A DNA stretch of 57,816 nucleotides from an uncultured Nitrososphaeria archaeon (GTDB lineage: Archaea > Thermoproteota > Nitrososphaeria_A > Caldarchaeales > Wolframiiraptoraceae). The stretch is taken from contig CAYTSD010000004.1 of NCBI GenBank assembly GCA_964440495.1, positions 1 to 57,816 of the forward strand, read 5' to 3'. Positions 18,656 to 27,140 of this stretch are shown here, piece by piece (position 1 is the stretch's first letter; every line of letters begins with the position of its first letter). The notes beneath the pieces are model-generated. The model had not been told where the DNA came from and made no database searches. It saw nothing but the letters and a program-made list of their open reading frames with translations. A program made the position numbers and the translations under genes.

Positions 18656-18916
18656 ATGAAGATTAGGGTAGTTCCAGCTGTAGGTGGTGGAAGCCCTATC
18701 GAGTTAGAGGTTTCTCCCTCGACCACTATAGGTGCGATTAGAGCCAAGGTCTGCGCCATGAAGAGGCTGCCTCCAGACACCACACGCCTAACCTATAGAG
18801 GTAGGGCGCTTAAAGACACTGAGACCCTCCAATCCCTAGGAGTACAGGATGGGGACAAGCTAGTCTTAATCACCAGAACCGTTGGGGGTTCTAGCTATGC
18901 AGGCGGAACTCCCTGA
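18656..18916 (+). CDS. ubiquitin-like protein (eukaryote-type Ub fold) with C-terminal extension after Gly-Gly
   Basis: MKIRV...TRLTYRGRALKDTETLQSLGVQDGDKLVLITRTVGG-SSYAGGTP. This is the ubiquitin-like hydrophobic pattern and an LxLxxRxxGG-type end, followed by 8 extra residues. Confidence 0.85.
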   Translation: MKIRVVPAVGGGSPIELEVSPSTTIGAIRAKVCAMKRLPPDTTRLTYRGRALKDTETLQSLGVQDGDKLVLITRTVGGSSYAGGTP

Positions 18917-19376
18917 ACTCCTCTGGCACAAGAGGCTGGCAATAGAGTATAAGCTAGTCCATGAGCATGAACCCTTATTCGACGTTGTAGCAGGAGATCT
19001 AACCCATTATAAAGGCGTACTTGTCGGTACAGGGATCTACGAGGGTGGATACTTCAAGGTGGAGATACTTCTTCCTCGGAGCTTTCCCTACGTGCCGCCT
19101 GACGTGGTCTGGTGGACGAGGATATGGCATCCCAACTTCACCGACGAGGTTCCAGCACGTATCTGCGAGTCCATATTTAAGGATGATTGGTCTCCAGCCC
19201 TCCACGTGATAACGGTCATCGAGGCTCTCAGAAACCTCCTTAACAACCCGAATCCAGACGACCCCCTAAACACTATAGCGGCCATGGAGATGAAGTTTAG
19301 ACCAGATATATTTGAGGCGAGGGTTAGACAGTATATAGAGCTCTTCGCAAGACCCGACCAAGCCCTCACAAAGTAG
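18897..19376 (+). CDS. ubiquitin-conjugating enzyme E2 (UBC fold)
   Basis: HPNF motif followed by the catalytic Cys context PARICESIFKDDWSPAL. I prefer ATG 18897 over the TTG 18882 in the track. Overlaps the tail of the Ub gene. Confidence 0.8.
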   Translation: MQAELPELLWHKRLAIEYKLVHEHEPLFDVVAGDLTHYKGVLVGTGIYEGGYFKVEILLPRSFPYVPPDVVWWTRIWHPNFTDEVPARICESIFKDDWSPALHVITVIEALRNLLNNPNPDDPLNTIAAMEMKFRPDIFEARVRQYIELFARPDQALTK

Positions 19377-19418
19377 TATAATAGTAGGTCTCTTTGATAA
19401 GAGAGTGGTTAATGGGTA

Positions 19419-20621
19419 ATGAGTGAGGGTGAAGGCTCCCCAATCCCTCGGGAGGATCGCTATGACCGACAGATGAGAATCGAGGGCTGGAGGCAGGATA
19501 AGCTCCTCAACTCAACAGTGATGATAGTTGGGGTTGGGGCAACTGGATGCGAAGTTGCGAAGAACCTGGCCTTAATGGGTGTTGGGAGATTGATACTAGT
19601 TGATAACGATGTTGTGGAAGTCTCGAATCTAAGTAGGCAGATGCTGTTTCTAGACAGGGATTTAGGTAGGCCGAAGGTCGAGGCAGCCGTTGAGAAGCTT
19701 AGAGAGATGAATCCATGGGTAAGGGTTGAAGCATTCTACAGCGATGTTAGAGAGCTTGACCTAACACTCTTCAAGGAATCAGATGTTTTATGCTCATGTC
19801 TAGATAACTGGCCTGTTAGAAGATGGCTTAACTCCGTTGCCGTTGAACTCGATAAACCGCTTATCGACGCGGCCATGGAAGGGTTCTACGCCAACCTCCA
19901 AATAGTCATACCTGGAAAGACCGCCTGCCTCGAATGCCATGGAGAAGACCTAATCCCGAAGGAGGTTCAACTTGCTGAATGCACGCTCAGAAGAAGAAAG
20001 CCTGAAGACTTGGCCTCAGACCTCAAGCAACAGGGGATAGAGATCGAGACCGAAGTAGTTGAGAAGCTATTCGAGCTTGGAATAAAGACTATCTTCGACC
20101 TAAAGTATTCGCAGGCAGATATGTTGGAGAAGCTTGACAATAGCCTCCGAGAGAGGGTTAAGGAGATTCAGGAGATTCTCAAGCCCAAGATGCCTGCGCT
20201 TCAGAGTATAGCCGCAACGATAGCTGGGATAGCCTCAACCGAGGTGATAAAACTCCTCCACGGCGGAAGTGTTGGGAAACCCATGAAAGGCCTCCTAGTA
20301 TACGATGGGGCTGCAGGAAGATTCACGAAGGTGAGGCTTGACAGAAGGGAGGACTGCTTCGTCTGCGGCGACCATGTCAGGGAGAAGGGTGTAGTATTCA
20401 CGGCGAAGCCCGGGGAAACCGTTGCGGAGCTTAAGAAGAGGATTGCTGAGAGCTTCGGCTTCCCAGACCCCGAACTCCTCTACAAGAAGTGGAAGCTCAG
20501 CGACGAGCAAACCCTAAGGCAGGTAGGCGTGAAAACAGGTGAGACTATATACGTTGAGACCAGTAGAAGGTTTACCCCCCTCCCACTACAGATAGAACTC
20601 GTGGAAGAAACAATTAATTAG
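19419..20621 (+). CDS. ubiquitin-activating enzyme E1-like (ThiF/MoeB/UBA adenylation domain plus C-terminal ubiquitin-fold domain)
   Basis: RYDRQMRIEGW...VGVGATGCEVAKNLALMGVG...VDNDVVEVSNLSRQ. Paired CxxC motifs (CLEC, CFVC). The C-terminus VFTAKPGETVAELKKRIAESFG...GETIYVE is beta-grasp-like. Confidence 0.85.
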   Translation: MSEGEGSPIPREDRYDRQMRIEGWRQDKLLNSTVMIVGVGATGCEVAKNLALMGVGRLILVDNDVVEVSNLSRQMLFLDRDLGRPKVEAAVEKLREMNPWVRVEAFYSDVRELDLTLFKESDVLCSCLDNWPVRRWLNSVAVELDKPLIDAAMEGFYANLQIVIPGKTACLECHGEDLIPKEVQLAECTLRRRKPEDLASDLKQQGIEIETEVVEKLFELGIKTIFDLKYSQADMLEKLDNSLRERVKEIQEILKPKMPALQSIAATIAGIASTEVIKLLHGGSVGKPMKGLLVYDGAAGRFTKVRLDRREDCFVCGDHVREKGVVFTAKPGETVAELKKRIAESFGFPDPELLYKKWKLSDEQTLRQVGVKTGETIYVETSRRFTPLPLQIELVEETIN

Positions 20622-20659
20622 GTTCGAGAAGCATAGCCGAGGGAGGGTGACGCAGGAGA

Positions 20660-20923
20660 TTGCCTAAGAGAATAGTTCTCGGCAAGCCGGTCAGCGTGGG
20701 GTTCTGGGATCCCTGGTCGGTTGAGGAGCCTGTTAGAAAGCCGAGGCCGAGGGAGGAGCCCCGTGAAGAGAACTTCTGCGTAATCTGCCTCTCCAAGATA
20801 GAGGAGGGGGCTCCGACGATCCAGTGCCCGCACTGTGGAGCAATCGGGCATAGAAGCTGCTTTGAGGACTGGGTTAGGCTTAAGGGGACCTGCCCTCTCT
20901 GTAAGAGACCTATAACGCTTTAG
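20660..20923 (+). CDS. small RING-type zinc finger protein (putative E3)
   Basis: CVIC-x12-CPHCGAIGHRSC-x3-W-x7-CPLC gives eight Cys/His ligands in cross-brace-compatible spacing. TTG start preceded by GGAG. Confidence 0.8.
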   Translation: MPKRIVLGKPVSVGFWDPWSVEEPVRKPRPREEPREENFCVICLSKIEEGAPTIQCPHCGAIGHRSCFEDWVRLKGTCPLCKRPITL

Positions 20924-20974
20924 ACATCTTTAAGGTATAGTTTTTAAGCCTTATCTAAGGAGAATCTGCAAGGG

Positions 20975-21373
20975 GTGAAGCGTCTGGAGGAGAGAAGAGA
21001 GGAGGAGAAGGAAGAGGAGGAAGAAGAAGGAGTCGTTGAGATAGAGTTAAGCTATCTAGATACCCCTGGGGGTAAGAAGGTTGCAACCCTAGAGTCGGCT
21101 AAGAGTTTAGCCGACGCCATAGTGGTTTTAGATGACGCTGTATCAGAGTTGGAGGAGAAGGTGGGAAGGTTGGAGAGAGGTGAAGGGCTCGTGAAGGTGG
21201 TTGAAGAGTTCTCAGCAAGGATTACAGCAATCGAGAAGACGTTAAGTGACTTGGAGAGGAATCTTCAGACAGAGTTGGGAGACCTATCTGACAAGCTCTC
21301 AGCGCTGATAGACGCCTTCCACGAGCTGGCTGAAAGGGTTCAGAGAATAGAGGATGAGATTTCTAGGGGCTGA
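20975..21373 (+). CDS. acidic coiled-coil protein, unknown function
   Basis: Poly-Glu N-terminus, then heptad-like Leu/Glu repeats. GTG start. No family recognised. Confidence 0.4.
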   Translation: MKRLEERREEEKEEEEEEGVVEIELSYLDTPGGKKVATLESAKSLADAIVVLDDAVSELEEKVGRLERGEGLVKVVEEFSARITAIEKTLSDLERNLQTELGDLSDKLSALIDAFHELAERVQRIEDEISRG

Positions 21374-22199
21374 GGAAAGCCCTCCTCATATCGGCCAGAG
21401 TCTTCTCAAGGCTCGCACGCTTCTCCTCAAGCTCCTCTATCTCGGACTCCAGCCTCCTCTTCCTCTCACTTAGAGAGGTTAACTCGCCCTTAAGCTGAGT
21501 TAGCTTACGTTCAAGCTTCGCAGCCTCCTCTTCCTTCTCCCTCATCCTCGCAAGCGAGTCCTTCAGCTCTGCTTCACGTCTCACCAGTCTTTCCAGCCGT
21601 ATCTCCCTCAGCTTGAAGTCCCTGAGCATCTCCTTCATCATGTCTGAGAGCCTGTTCCGAGCCTCTTCAAGCCCTGCCAGATAGCGTTGCTGAAGCTCAG
21701 CTATCCTGTTCTCCAGCTCGGTCTTCCTCTCCTCAAGCTCTCTGACCTCAGCCTCTCTAAGGGTAAGCTTCCTCTCCTTGGCGTCAAGCTCCTCCTTCCA
21801 CTTCCTTATCTCCTCCTTCATAACCGCTAGCTCGGTCTTCTCCTTTAGAACCCGGTTAATCTCCTGTCTAAGGGATTCACGCTCCTTGCTCAGCGACTCA
21901 ACGATGTCCTTTATCCCCTCCTGAACCGAGAGAAGCATGTTCTCATAGTAGCGTACTATCGTCAACTCTTCAGCGACTTTCTCAGCCTTCCCAATGAAGG
22001 AGTTTAGCTTTGACTCCCAGCGCTGAGGTTGAGAGGCGACCGTGGATAAGAGTTCTAGAGCCCTGTCAAGCTCGTTGTTTATCTTAGAGAGCCTGTTATC
22101 CAAGCCCTCTGTCAGATTCTTCTCTATCTCGGTTAGTCTCCCGCTAAGCCTCTCCTCAAGCTCTAGAAGCTTATCTTTCTTGCTTGTGAAGGGACTCAT
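21363..22199 (-). CDS. long coiled-coil protein, unknown function
   Basis: 278 aa, almost entirely heptad-rich E/K/R/L sequence. TATA-like TTTTTATAG on the minus strand about 25-32 nt upstream of ATG 22199. Confidence 0.45.
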   Translation of the reverse strand: MSPFTSKKDKLLELEERLSGRLTEIEKNLTEGLDNRLSKINNELDRALELLSTVASQPQRWESKLNSFIGKAEKVAEELTIVRYYENMLLSVQEGIKDIVESLSKERESLRQEINRVLKEKTELAVMKEEIRKWKEELDAKERKLTLREAEVRELEERKTELENRIAELQQRYLAGLEEARNRLSDMMKEMLRDFKLREIRLERLVRREAELKDSLARMREKEEEAAKLERKLTQLKGELTSLSERKRRLESEIEELEEKRASLEKTLADMRRAFLSP

Positions 22200-22335
22200 C
22201 TCTGCCTAGGCTAATTGATACGGCTATAAAAAGGTGTTTCGGCATATCTCGAAAATCAACTCTTATAAAAGAGCCTGGGCTAAAGGGTTTAGAAGAGGTG
22301 CGGATGCAGGAGTGATAGTTGGTCAAGAAGAGGTT

Positions 22336-23043
22336 ATGGCCAGACTTTATAAGATAGGCGCAGGAGCAGCAGCGGTAGGCGCAATCCATATCCTAACACT
22401 GCTTCTAAGCTGGTATATCGAGAGCAATGGGAAAGTCGTTGCAGCCTTGGTTGGATATGTTTTCCCGGAGTCGCTTATATTCTCGGTGGCAGGCGGACTG
22501 ATGGCTGGAATAGGCCTCCTCATAGCATATGTGGTTAAACGGGTAATCGTCACCAAACTCGTGATAGGTGCTCTAGCAGTTATTGGAGGTGTTCTCGCAC
22601 TCTTCTCCCCCCTCTACATATACTTCTACCACATTCTTGAGCTAGGGATACGCGGGTACCCCGATATAGGTTTCTTCGCAGCAATCTTCACAGGAATAGT
22701 CCAGATAGGTGTGGGCGCTCTCGCTCTCCTCACGCCGACGAAGAGGGAGATAATACCCACAGCAGCTCCAGAGATTACGCCTACACCAGCCTTCGAGCCA
22801 GCGCCTACACCCCCTCCACCGACAACGCCTAGAACGCGGAGACCAAGGGGGCCTGCCACCGCAAGAATCGTACCCGCAACCGACATAGAAGAGGCCACCT
22901 GCAGCATATGTTATGAGCCTGTTAAGCCTGAGGATGCTGTGAAGTGTAGCGCCTGTGGGGCTATCTTCCATAGAGGATGCATCGATACATGGGTAAGCCT
23001 GAATGGGACATGCCCTGTCTGTAAGGCCGTGATAGTGGGCTAA
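22336..23043 (+). CDS. polytopic membrane protein with C-terminal RING-type zinc finger (paralog of the small RING protein)
   Basis: Several hydrophobic segments, then a Pro/Thr-rich linker (TPTPAFEPAPTPPPPTTP), then CSIC-x11-CSACGAIFHRGC-x3-W-x7-CPVC. Start set at ATG 22336 (GAGGT upstream). The track gives GTG 22234. Confidence 0.7.
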   Translation: MARLYKIGAGAAAVGAIHILTLLLSWYIESNGKVVAALVGYVFPESLIFSVAGGLMAGIGLLIAYVVKRVIVTKLVIGALAVIGGVLALFSPLYIYFYHILELGIRGYPDIGFFAAIFTGIVQIGVGALALLTPTKREIIPTAAPEITPTPAFEPAPTPPPPTTPRTRRPRGPATARIVPATDIEEATCSICYEPVKPEDAVKCSACGAIFHRGCIDTWVSLNGTCPVCKAVIVG

Positions 23044-23094
23044 GCCTATATAAGGGCGTCCAGCCCAACCTTCTCCCAGCGGGTGTAATAGAGG

Positions 23095-24576
23095 ATGAGT
23101 AGGCTTGCTAAGGCGGAGTCCAAGTATGACGCCTTGATGAGGCTGGCTCTTGAACGTGGATTCTTCATGCCTGCCTCCGAGATCTATGGAGACGCTCCAG
23201 CAGGGTTCTGGGACTATGGCCCACTCGGGGCAGCCCTCAAGCGGAGATTCATAGAGCTCTGGCGCAGAGAGCTTGTTAGAAGAGATAAGATGCTCGAGAT
23301 CGACGGAGCACAGGTCTTGTCAAAAAACGTCTTCAAGGCCTCGGGGCACTTGGAGAGCTTCGTAGACCCTATAGCGAGATGCGGTAGATGTAAGGCGATC
23401 TATAGGCTTGATAAGCTGATCGAGGAGAAGACCGGGATTCACGTGCCTGAGCGTGCAAGCTTGGAGGAGATGGAGAAGATTGTTAGGGAGAGGGGGATAA
23501 GGTGTAATAGATGTGGTGGAGAGTTAACCGACTTCTCCCACTTTAACATGATGTTCAGGCTAAGCATAGGCGTAGCTGGTGGAGAGGCCTATCTTAGGCC
23601 AGAGACATGTCAAAGCATATTCATAGACTTCCTCCGCCTCTATAGAATAATGCGTAGAAAACTCCCCCTAGGGATAGCGCAGGTCGGTAAGAGCTTCAGA
23701 AACGAGATATCCCCTAGACAGGGGCTTCTACGTATGCGTGAATTCTATCAAGCAGAGATAGAGGTCTTCTTCAACCCGAATAAAGCAAACGACCTCCCGA
23801 AGGCAAAGCCCTTCTTAGACTACGGGCTTCGACTACAGCCTCTCGGCAGAGATGAGCCCATGGAGATAACTTGTAGGGAGGCTCTGGACAAGAAACTCGT
23901 CTCAAGCGAGCTCGTAGCCTACTATCTCGCCCTGATACAGCAGTTCTATGAGAAGGCTGGCATCTCTAGGGAAAAGATTCGGCTGAGGCAGCTTGGAGAG
24001 GATGAAAAAGCGTTCTACGCCGTCGAGGCATGGGATTTGGAGGTTGAGACAAGCCTAGGATGGATAGAGCTTGTAGCATGTAACAATAGGGGAGACCATG
24101 ACCTTGGAGGCCATCAAGCCATGAGCGGCAAGGAGATGACTGTTCTCGACGACGGTGAAAAAGTTCTACCACATGTATTCGAGCTATCGATGGGTGTTGA
24201 CAGAAGCCTTTACTGCATCCTAGAGAACGCCCTAACAGAGAGCAGGGGAAAATCCGTTCTCAAGATCTCCCCAACCCTAGCTCCGATTCAGGCAGCCGTC
24301 CTACCGCTCCTCTCGAAGGAGCCCTTCACCTCGAAGGCGATGGAAGTCTACGAAACCCTGAGAACAGAATTCGACGTAGACTACGATGAGTCAGGAAGCA
24401 TTGGGAGAAGATATGCACGCCAAGACGAAATAGGAACCCCCTACTGCATAACAATTGATCATAGAACACTTGAAGATGAAACAGTTACTCTGAGAAACAG
24501 GGATACAGCGGCACAGTTCAGAGTAGAGATATCCAAGCTTCCTGAAACACTTAGAAAGCTTCTGAACCCCGTGTAG
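23095..24576 (+). CDS. glyS: glycine--tRNA ligase (archaeal/eukaryotic type)
   Basis: RGFFMPASEIYGDAPAGFWDYGPLGAALK, class II motifs (FRNEISPR, GVDR), and a C-terminal anticodon-binding domain. TATA CTATATAA at 23046-23053. Confidence 0.9.
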   Translation: MSRLAKAESKYDALMRLALERGFFMPASEIYGDAPAGFWDYGPLGAALKRRFIELWRRELVRRDKMLEIDGAQVLSKNVFKASGHLESFVDPIARCGRCKAIYRLDKLIEEKTGIHVPERASLEEMEKIVRERGIRCNRCGGELTDFSHFNMMFRLSIGVAGGEAYLRPETCQSIFIDFLRLYRIMRRKLPLGIAQVGKSFRNEISPRQGLLRMREFYQAEIEVFFNPNKANDLPKAKPFLDYGLRLQPLGRDEPMEITCREALDKKLVSSELVAYYLALIQQFYEKAGISREKIRLRQLGEDEKAFYAVEAWDLEVETSLGWIELVACNNRGDHDLGGHQAMSGKEMTVLDDGEKVLPHVFELSMGVDRSLYCILENALTESRGKSVLKISPTLAPIQAAVLPLLSKEPFTSKAMEVYETLRTEFDVDYDESGSIGRRYARQDEIGTPYCITIDHRTLEDETVTLRNRDTAAQFRVEISKLPETLRKLLNPV

Positions 24577-24628
24577 AAAGACTTATAGCAACCTCCAACA
24601 ATAGTATACTGTAAAGAGGTTATGGATT

Positions 24629-25294
24629 ATGTCGCTTCCAAGGGACCGTGAAGAAGATTTCCGGATAAGAGTGCTTACACTGATACAGGACCAGATAAGG
24701 AAAGTTGTAGACAACTATAGAGTTCTATTAGACATGCTTGAGAACTATGTTAGGGGACCGGACACCAAAGCTCTCGAGGAATACTATACGAAGATTCTCA
24801 AGAACGATGAGTCAGCCAAAGAGACCAGCAGAGTAATCGAGAGAGAGATGAATAACGTCGGAGCCCTTCTTACCGATAGGGAAGATTTTCTTAGATTGGT
24901 GGCTGAGATAGATAAGGTCTCAGACACGATTGAAGGGGCGGCTTTCAGACTCGTAAACCTTGGAAAGATGAAGACTAAGATAGACAAGAATCTTGGAAAG
25001 AAGATAATAGAGTTGGGGGAGAAAGTTTTAACAACCTTGATAACTCTTCGGGAGACTCTTCTCGCAATCACGCTTGACCCAGACACCTTCATGCGTAAGA
25101 TCCGTGAAACCGAGAAATGCGAGAAAGAGGTTGACGAGATTTACCGTTCACTTGATCTCGCCCTCCTCCAAAGCAACTTGAAAATAGCTCCCCTCCTCCT
25201 GATGAGAGAGATTGTCAGCATGCTTGAAGACATGGCTGATAGAGCTGAACGCGTAGCGGATATACTGAGAGCCCTCTCACTTCTGATAACGTAG
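24629..25294 (+). CDS. DUF47 (PhoU-like, TIGR00153-type) protein
   Basis: Two-repeat helical bundle with EKEVDEIYRSL and LEDMADRAERVAD elements, typical of DUF47/Pit-accessory proteins. Confidence 0.5.
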   Translation: MSLPRDREEDFRIRVLTLIQDQIRKVVDNYRVLLDMLENYVRGPDTKALEEYYTKILKNDESAKETSRVIEREMNNVGALLTDREDFLRLVAEIDKVSDTIEGAAFRLVNLGKMKTKIDKNLGKKIIELGEKVLTTLITLRETLLAITLDPDTFMRKIRETEKCEKEVDEIYRSLDLALLQSNLKIAPLLLMREIVSMLEDMADRAERVADILRALSLLIT

Positions 25295-25307
25295 CCTCCT
25301 AGGAGAG

Positions 25308-25856
25308 ATGCGATTGATAAGAGCAGAGCTTATCCAAGATACAATAATAGTCTGGGACGTTGAGGATGGTAGAAGACTCTATAGAGAGGGGTTCTACGGA
25401 AAGCCTCTAGGTATACCGAAGCCTAAGGCAGCGGACTTCGACGCACCGTTGATCTTGGATATAATAGAGGCGGTCTACCTTGTGGAGAAGAATAAGCTGG
25501 AAATCTTAAAGGATGATAGGAGAATCGGGTTCGACGAGCTTCTAACCTACGCCGAGAAGAACTATGAAAGATTCAGGGAGAGGTATCTTGTTTACAGAGA
25601 CCTCCGTGATAGAGGATTCATAGTGACACCTGGAATAAAGTTTGGAAGCGACTTCGCGGTCTACAAGATTGGGCCAGGCCTCGAGCATGCGCCGTTCATA
25701 GTTCAGGTTAAAGATTTCGAAGACAAGATATCGGCGCTCGACGTTATTAGGTCTGGAAGGCTTGCGACAACCGTGAAGAAGCATTTCACGATAGCTGTTC
25801 CAGAACTTAGAACTAAACGTGTACTCTATATATTGTTCGAGTGGTGGAGAGCCTAA
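25308..25856 (+). CDS. endA: tRNA-splicing endonuclease
   Basis: YLVYRDLRDRGFIVTPGIKFGSDFAVYK...HAPFIV catalytic-domain pattern. 182 aa. Confidence 0.8.
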   Translation: MRLIRAELIQDTIIVWDVEDGRRLYREGFYGKPLGIPKPKAADFDAPLILDIIEAVYLVEKNKLEILKDDRRIGFDELLTYAEKNYERFRERYLVYRDLRDRGFIVTPGIKFGSDFAVYKIGPGLEHAPFIVQVKDFEDKISALDVIRSGRLATTVKKHFTIAVPELRTKRVLYILFEWWRA

Positions 25857-25899
25857 ATCCATAATAGGTTATTTTTCCTCATCTTTGGCAAGTGGTCTA

Positions 25900-27066
25900 A
25901 TGCTTAGAAGAGTCTTTCTGCTGAGCGTGATGGCTTTCTCAGTCTCCGTCTCAATATTCATGATATGGCCTATTCTCTCAATATATGCTTACCAAGATGT
26001 TGGCGTAACGAAGCCTGAAGTTGGGATAATTACCGCCGCCGCCTTTGTTACAGCCCTCTTCCTCCGCGTCCCATTCTCTCTCGGCCTTAAGACAGAGCAC
26101 TTCACATTAGCCCTCATAGGAGGATTGATAGCGAACACCGTGGCTTTAGCGGGATACGGTCTCTCCCACGATATTTTCTCACTTCTAGGATTTAGGGTGC
26201 TTCACGGAATCGCTGTCGCACTCGACTATACGTTAATGCTAACGCTGTCAAGTATGATTGTTACCGATGAGGCTGAGATGACTAGCTCAATTGAGAGCTA
26301 CACCACCGCCCTAGCACTTGGACTCGTGACAGGGCCAGCTATCGGAACACTCCTGGTCTCTTCAATCAGTCTAAGATCTCTTATGTTTGTGGCCTCTGTT
26401 CTCGGGATAGCGGCGATAGCGGCTGGAACAGGTTTTCTCCGAGAGGTCCACGGAATATGGGGAGGATTCCAGTCATCGAGAGTCAAACTAAGAGATTTGT
26501 TGATGGTGTTGAGGAAGGGGGGTGTAACGGCTGCGGCGGCAACCTATCTAACCTTCTCAACAGCTTATGGGGCTTTAACAGCCTACGCTCCTCTTAAGGG
26601 AAAACTTGAGCTAGGGCTTACAGACCAGTATGTCTCGATGCTCTTCTTCATGTATTTCTTCATAGTCTTTGCGGTGAGACTCTTTCTAGGTAGGCTAAGG
26701 AAGAGGATTGGGATACTCGTCCTCCTTTACGGAGCCCTAGCATCGGCGGGGGCTGGAATGCTTCTGATAGGCCTCGCGCCAGCCGTACCCTTATTTACAT
26801 TAGGCTTTGCGCTTGTTGGGTTAAGCCATGGATTAGTGTTTCCTCTAACGGCCTCGGTGGCAGCACACACAACCCCACCCTATGCGAGAGTTACTGGAAA
26901 CGCTATCTTCTTAACGTCCTTCGATTTAGGAAACGTTATAGGGCCGTCCATAGCCTCACTCATAGTTAGCGTGGCTCCAATATCTCTAACACTCGCAGCG
27001 ATTTCGATAATACCGTTCCTAGGAATACTAACCGTCTCATTCATAAAAAGAATGGGATTCCAGTAA
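25900..27066 (+). CDS. MFS transporter
   Basis: About 12 hydrophobic segments in a two-halves organisation. Start moved to ATG 25900 (MLRRVFLL...) because the track's start overlaps endA. Confidence 0.7.
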   Translation: MLRRVFLLSVMAFSVSVSIFMIWPILSIYAYQDVGVTKPEVGIITAAAFVTALFLRVPFSLGLKTEHFTLALIGGLIANTVALAGYGLSHDIFSLLGFRVLHGIAVALDYTLMLTLSSMIVTDEAEMTSSIESYTTALALGLVTGPAIGTLLVSSISLRSLMFVASVLGIAAIAAGTGFLREVHGIWGGFQSSRVKLRDLLMVLRKGGVTAAAATYLTFSTAYGALTAYAPLKGKLELGLTDQYVSMLFFMYFFIVFAVRLFLGRLRKRIGILVLLYGALASAGAGMLLIGLAPAVPLFTLGFALVGLSHGLVFPLTASVAAHTTPPYARVTGNAIFLTSFDLGNVIGPSIASLIVSVAPISLTLAAISIIPFLGILTVSFIKRMGFQ

Positions 27067-27140
27067 TATACTCCATGGTATATCGTCTACTAAAGGGACT
27101 TGAGAAAAGTTTAATTTCACATCATTGAAGTACGGTTGAG

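Noticed and set aside
20660-20677. Identical MPKRIV N-termini of the small RING protein (20660) and the coiled-coil protein (35183).
   Set aside because: Only six residues are shared and there is no further similarity, so this is likely chance.
20987-21033. Purine-only GGA/GAA-rich tract that looks like a simple repeat.
   Set aside because: It encodes the poly-Glu/Lys N-terminus of the 20975 coiled-coil ORF. It is not a spaced repeat array or a CRISPR.
25819-25899. Upstream extension of the MFS transporter ORF overlapping endA by 38 nt.
   Set aside because: The extension (MYSIYCSSGGEPKS...) is non-hydrophobic and overlaps the conserved endA C-terminus. ATG 25900 gives a typical MFS N-terminus.
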